A stretch of 64,000 nt of DNA, taken from the NCBI GenBank assembly GCA_040285855.1, contig JAUFOQ010000005.1, positions 2,170,001 through 2,234,000 on the forward strand, written 5' to 3'. Both the position numbers and the translations under genes were made by a program. The notes under the pieces are model-generated. The model had not been told where the DNA came from. It saw only the letters and a list, made by a program, of their open reading frames with translations, and did no database searches. The stretch is from Eukaryota sp. GEM-RC1. Lineage: Eukaryota. This document shows positions 62,301-64,000 of this stretch, piece after piece (within the stretch, counting starts at the first letter, position 1; every line of letters starts with the position of its first letter).

Positions 62301-62443
62301 AAGACTACTAGAGAAGACTTCAAGTGATGACTCAACAAGTGACAATTAATCAACACCAATAATTACTGTTGGCGGTGTAATGTTAGAAGAGGGTAATCAG
62401 TCAGTTCATCTGAGGAACAAATGGTCTTAAATGGGAGATTCAT
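59363..62443 (-). pseudogene. Inverted duplicate of the divergent LRR pseudogene
   Basis: ORFs 59454-62249 mirror 35690-38577. Confidence 0.7.
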
Positions 62444-62576
62444 TCTGCTACTCCAGGGGATGTTCTATTATATTATAGTAACGACTGAAATTGGAACTAC
62501 CATCAAGAGCAGCATGTGTGTGGTAGAAAGTTTTCAACTTGAAACTAAATCTTCTTTCAATCGTCAAACTCCTCCC

Positions 62577-64000
62577 ATGTTTAGAAGTAACAGAGTGTCC
62601 GCGGAGTTCACTGTTACCATTCATTCAATAAACAAACTCTCTATACCTTCTAGGCTTCTTTATGTACAATGGAAAAGGGGATCCAAACTTTCTGGTCGCT
62701 CTCGTCGTTCCAATCTATCTGATGGTACTTGTGTGTGGCAAGAAACCACGACCTTCAAATGCACACTCATATCAACCTCCCAGGTGAACAAATTCCGTCG
62801 GAAAGCCTTTGAAATCTCCATCTACGAAGTAGTAGGTATCAATGGATCTAAGTTCATTGGACAAGTCATCATTGACCTTTCTCAATACATCAACCACGAG
62901 CCTACCACACTTGAATTCCCAATCTCTCGCTCCTCTCATCCCTCTGCTACTCTCCGTGTCTCTGTTGTTGCTCCTCTCCTTCCACATTCATCTCTCATTG
63001 AATCTCCTCTCTCTTTAGAACCTTTAATTGAAGACTCCTGCACTGCTGGCGATACAACCACTGACTTCACTTGCACTGATGCTACAGCTACTGAAGGAGA
63101 CGATTTGCTGGAGGACCATTCTAAGAGTGAAGCTGAATCAAGCATTGGTGCAAAGCTTTCTCTAGGGCGTCTTTCTTTAGATGAAGAACCTTCCCTAAAC
63201 CTTAAAAATGATGACGTCACCAAAGAGGAAATTAAATCCCCAGTTACTCCTAGAAGAAGAAAGAATAGGACAAAGCAATCACGTGCGTCCTCTCTTTTCC
63301 TCACGTCACCTTCCAATTGGGGATTGGCTGATGACGCGGCAACTTCTCCAAAAGAAGCTCAATCACCAAAGGAAAAGAGCAACCTTCATTTGAATTCTGT
63401 TGAAGTTGAGCCAGTTTCTCCAGATGTCTTGAAATCACCGAATGATGACGTCATGGATGACGTTTCCATAGGTGGTGACGTTTCCTTGCCAATTCCAGAG
63501 TCACCGCCTCTTAATGTCAATGGTCTAGTATCTCCCAATGTTTTAACTGAAATACATGAGAGAGAAACTGAATTAAAAACAGCTCAAATCACGATTGAGA
63601 AACTGGAAAGGACAGAGGAAGAGCGTGATTTGATTGATGCAATCACATCATCTGATTATGAAGTAGTTAATAATCTTCCATTAGGGGCTTTAGAGCTCAT
63701 TAATTCGTTGTTCACGTGGAAGTCTTTTGAAGTCACGCGACTTGAGAGTCAATCAGATATCATTGTGAGGTCAGTTAGGTCTCTTAGTCAGGTAATTTCC
63801 TATTTGGGAAAGTTCACGTCATCAATGCCGACCCCCAGTTTAAAACGTAGACAATCAATCTCTCTAAATACTGTTTTCTTGTCAGATCTGCGTGGTCTTT
63901 TTTATTGGACTCAGGGATCGTTATTTATTGGCGGAATTAGTCGGATCTTAACTCAAAATGATGACGTTGCTCTGCAGAAATCACTTGACTTTTATGAGCT
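62577..64000 (+). CDS. NT-C2 (EEIG1/EHBP1-type N-terminal C2) domain protein, partial, open at window end
   Basis: Manual translation from ATG 62577: MFRSNRVSAEFTVTIHSINKL...LYVQWKRGSKLSG...CVWQETTTFKCTL...IGQVIIDLSQY, followed by acidic low-complexity and coiled-coil-like sequence. Probably missing from the ORF track because no stop is reached. Confidence 0.75.
   Translation, partial: MFRSNRVSAEFTVTIHSINKLSIPSRLLYVQWKRGSKLSGRSRRSNLSDGTCVWQETTTFKCTLISTSQVNKFRRKAFEISIYEVVGINGSKFIGQVIIDLSQYINHEPTTLEFPISRSSHPSATLRVSVVAPLLPHSSLIESPLSLEPLIEDSCTAGDTTTDFTCTDATATEGDDLLEDHSKSEAESSIGAKLSLGRLSLDEEPSLNLKNDDVTKEEIKSPVTPRRRKNRTKQSRASSLFLTSPSNWGLADDAATSPKEAQSPKEKSNLHLNSVEVEPVSPDVLKSPNDDVMDDVSIGGDVSLPIPESPPLNVNGLVSPNVLTEIHERETELKTAQITIEKLERTEEERDLIDAITSSDYEVVNNLPLGALELINSLFTWKSFEVTRLESQSDIIVRSVRSLSQVISYLGKFTSSMPTPSLKRRQSISLNTVFLSDLRGLFYWTQGSLFIGGISRILTQNDDVALQKSLDFYE

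Overview
Eukaryotic, AT-rich, apparently intron-less DNA that looks like a compact protist genome. Many 1-bp slips at homopolymers suggest a long-read assembly. Two housekeeping-type genes are present: a TEL2 homologue and an NT-C2-domain gene that runs off the right end. The rest is an accessory region. It holds six paralogous genes built from 28-aa RI/NLRC3-type LRRs, a RING-like/F-box-like/LRR gene, a duplicated divergent LRR pseudogene, and two signal-peptide-BTB-BTB genes with different C-termini plus orphan C-terminal fragments. Mobile DNA includes two ~1.06-kb LTR elements that encode only Gag, hAT elements and MITEs with 8-bp TSDs, RLE-type non-LTR remnants, and seven copies of a 2081-bp MULE (MuDR-type) transposon. 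Six of the MULE copies form a 12-kb array. Its junctions show the transposon ends joined to 9-bp targets inside the element's own termini, and the 2090-bp period equals the element plus 9 bp, as expected for a concatemer of a self-insertion inversion product. The array lies inside a ~5.7-kb inverted segmental duplication.
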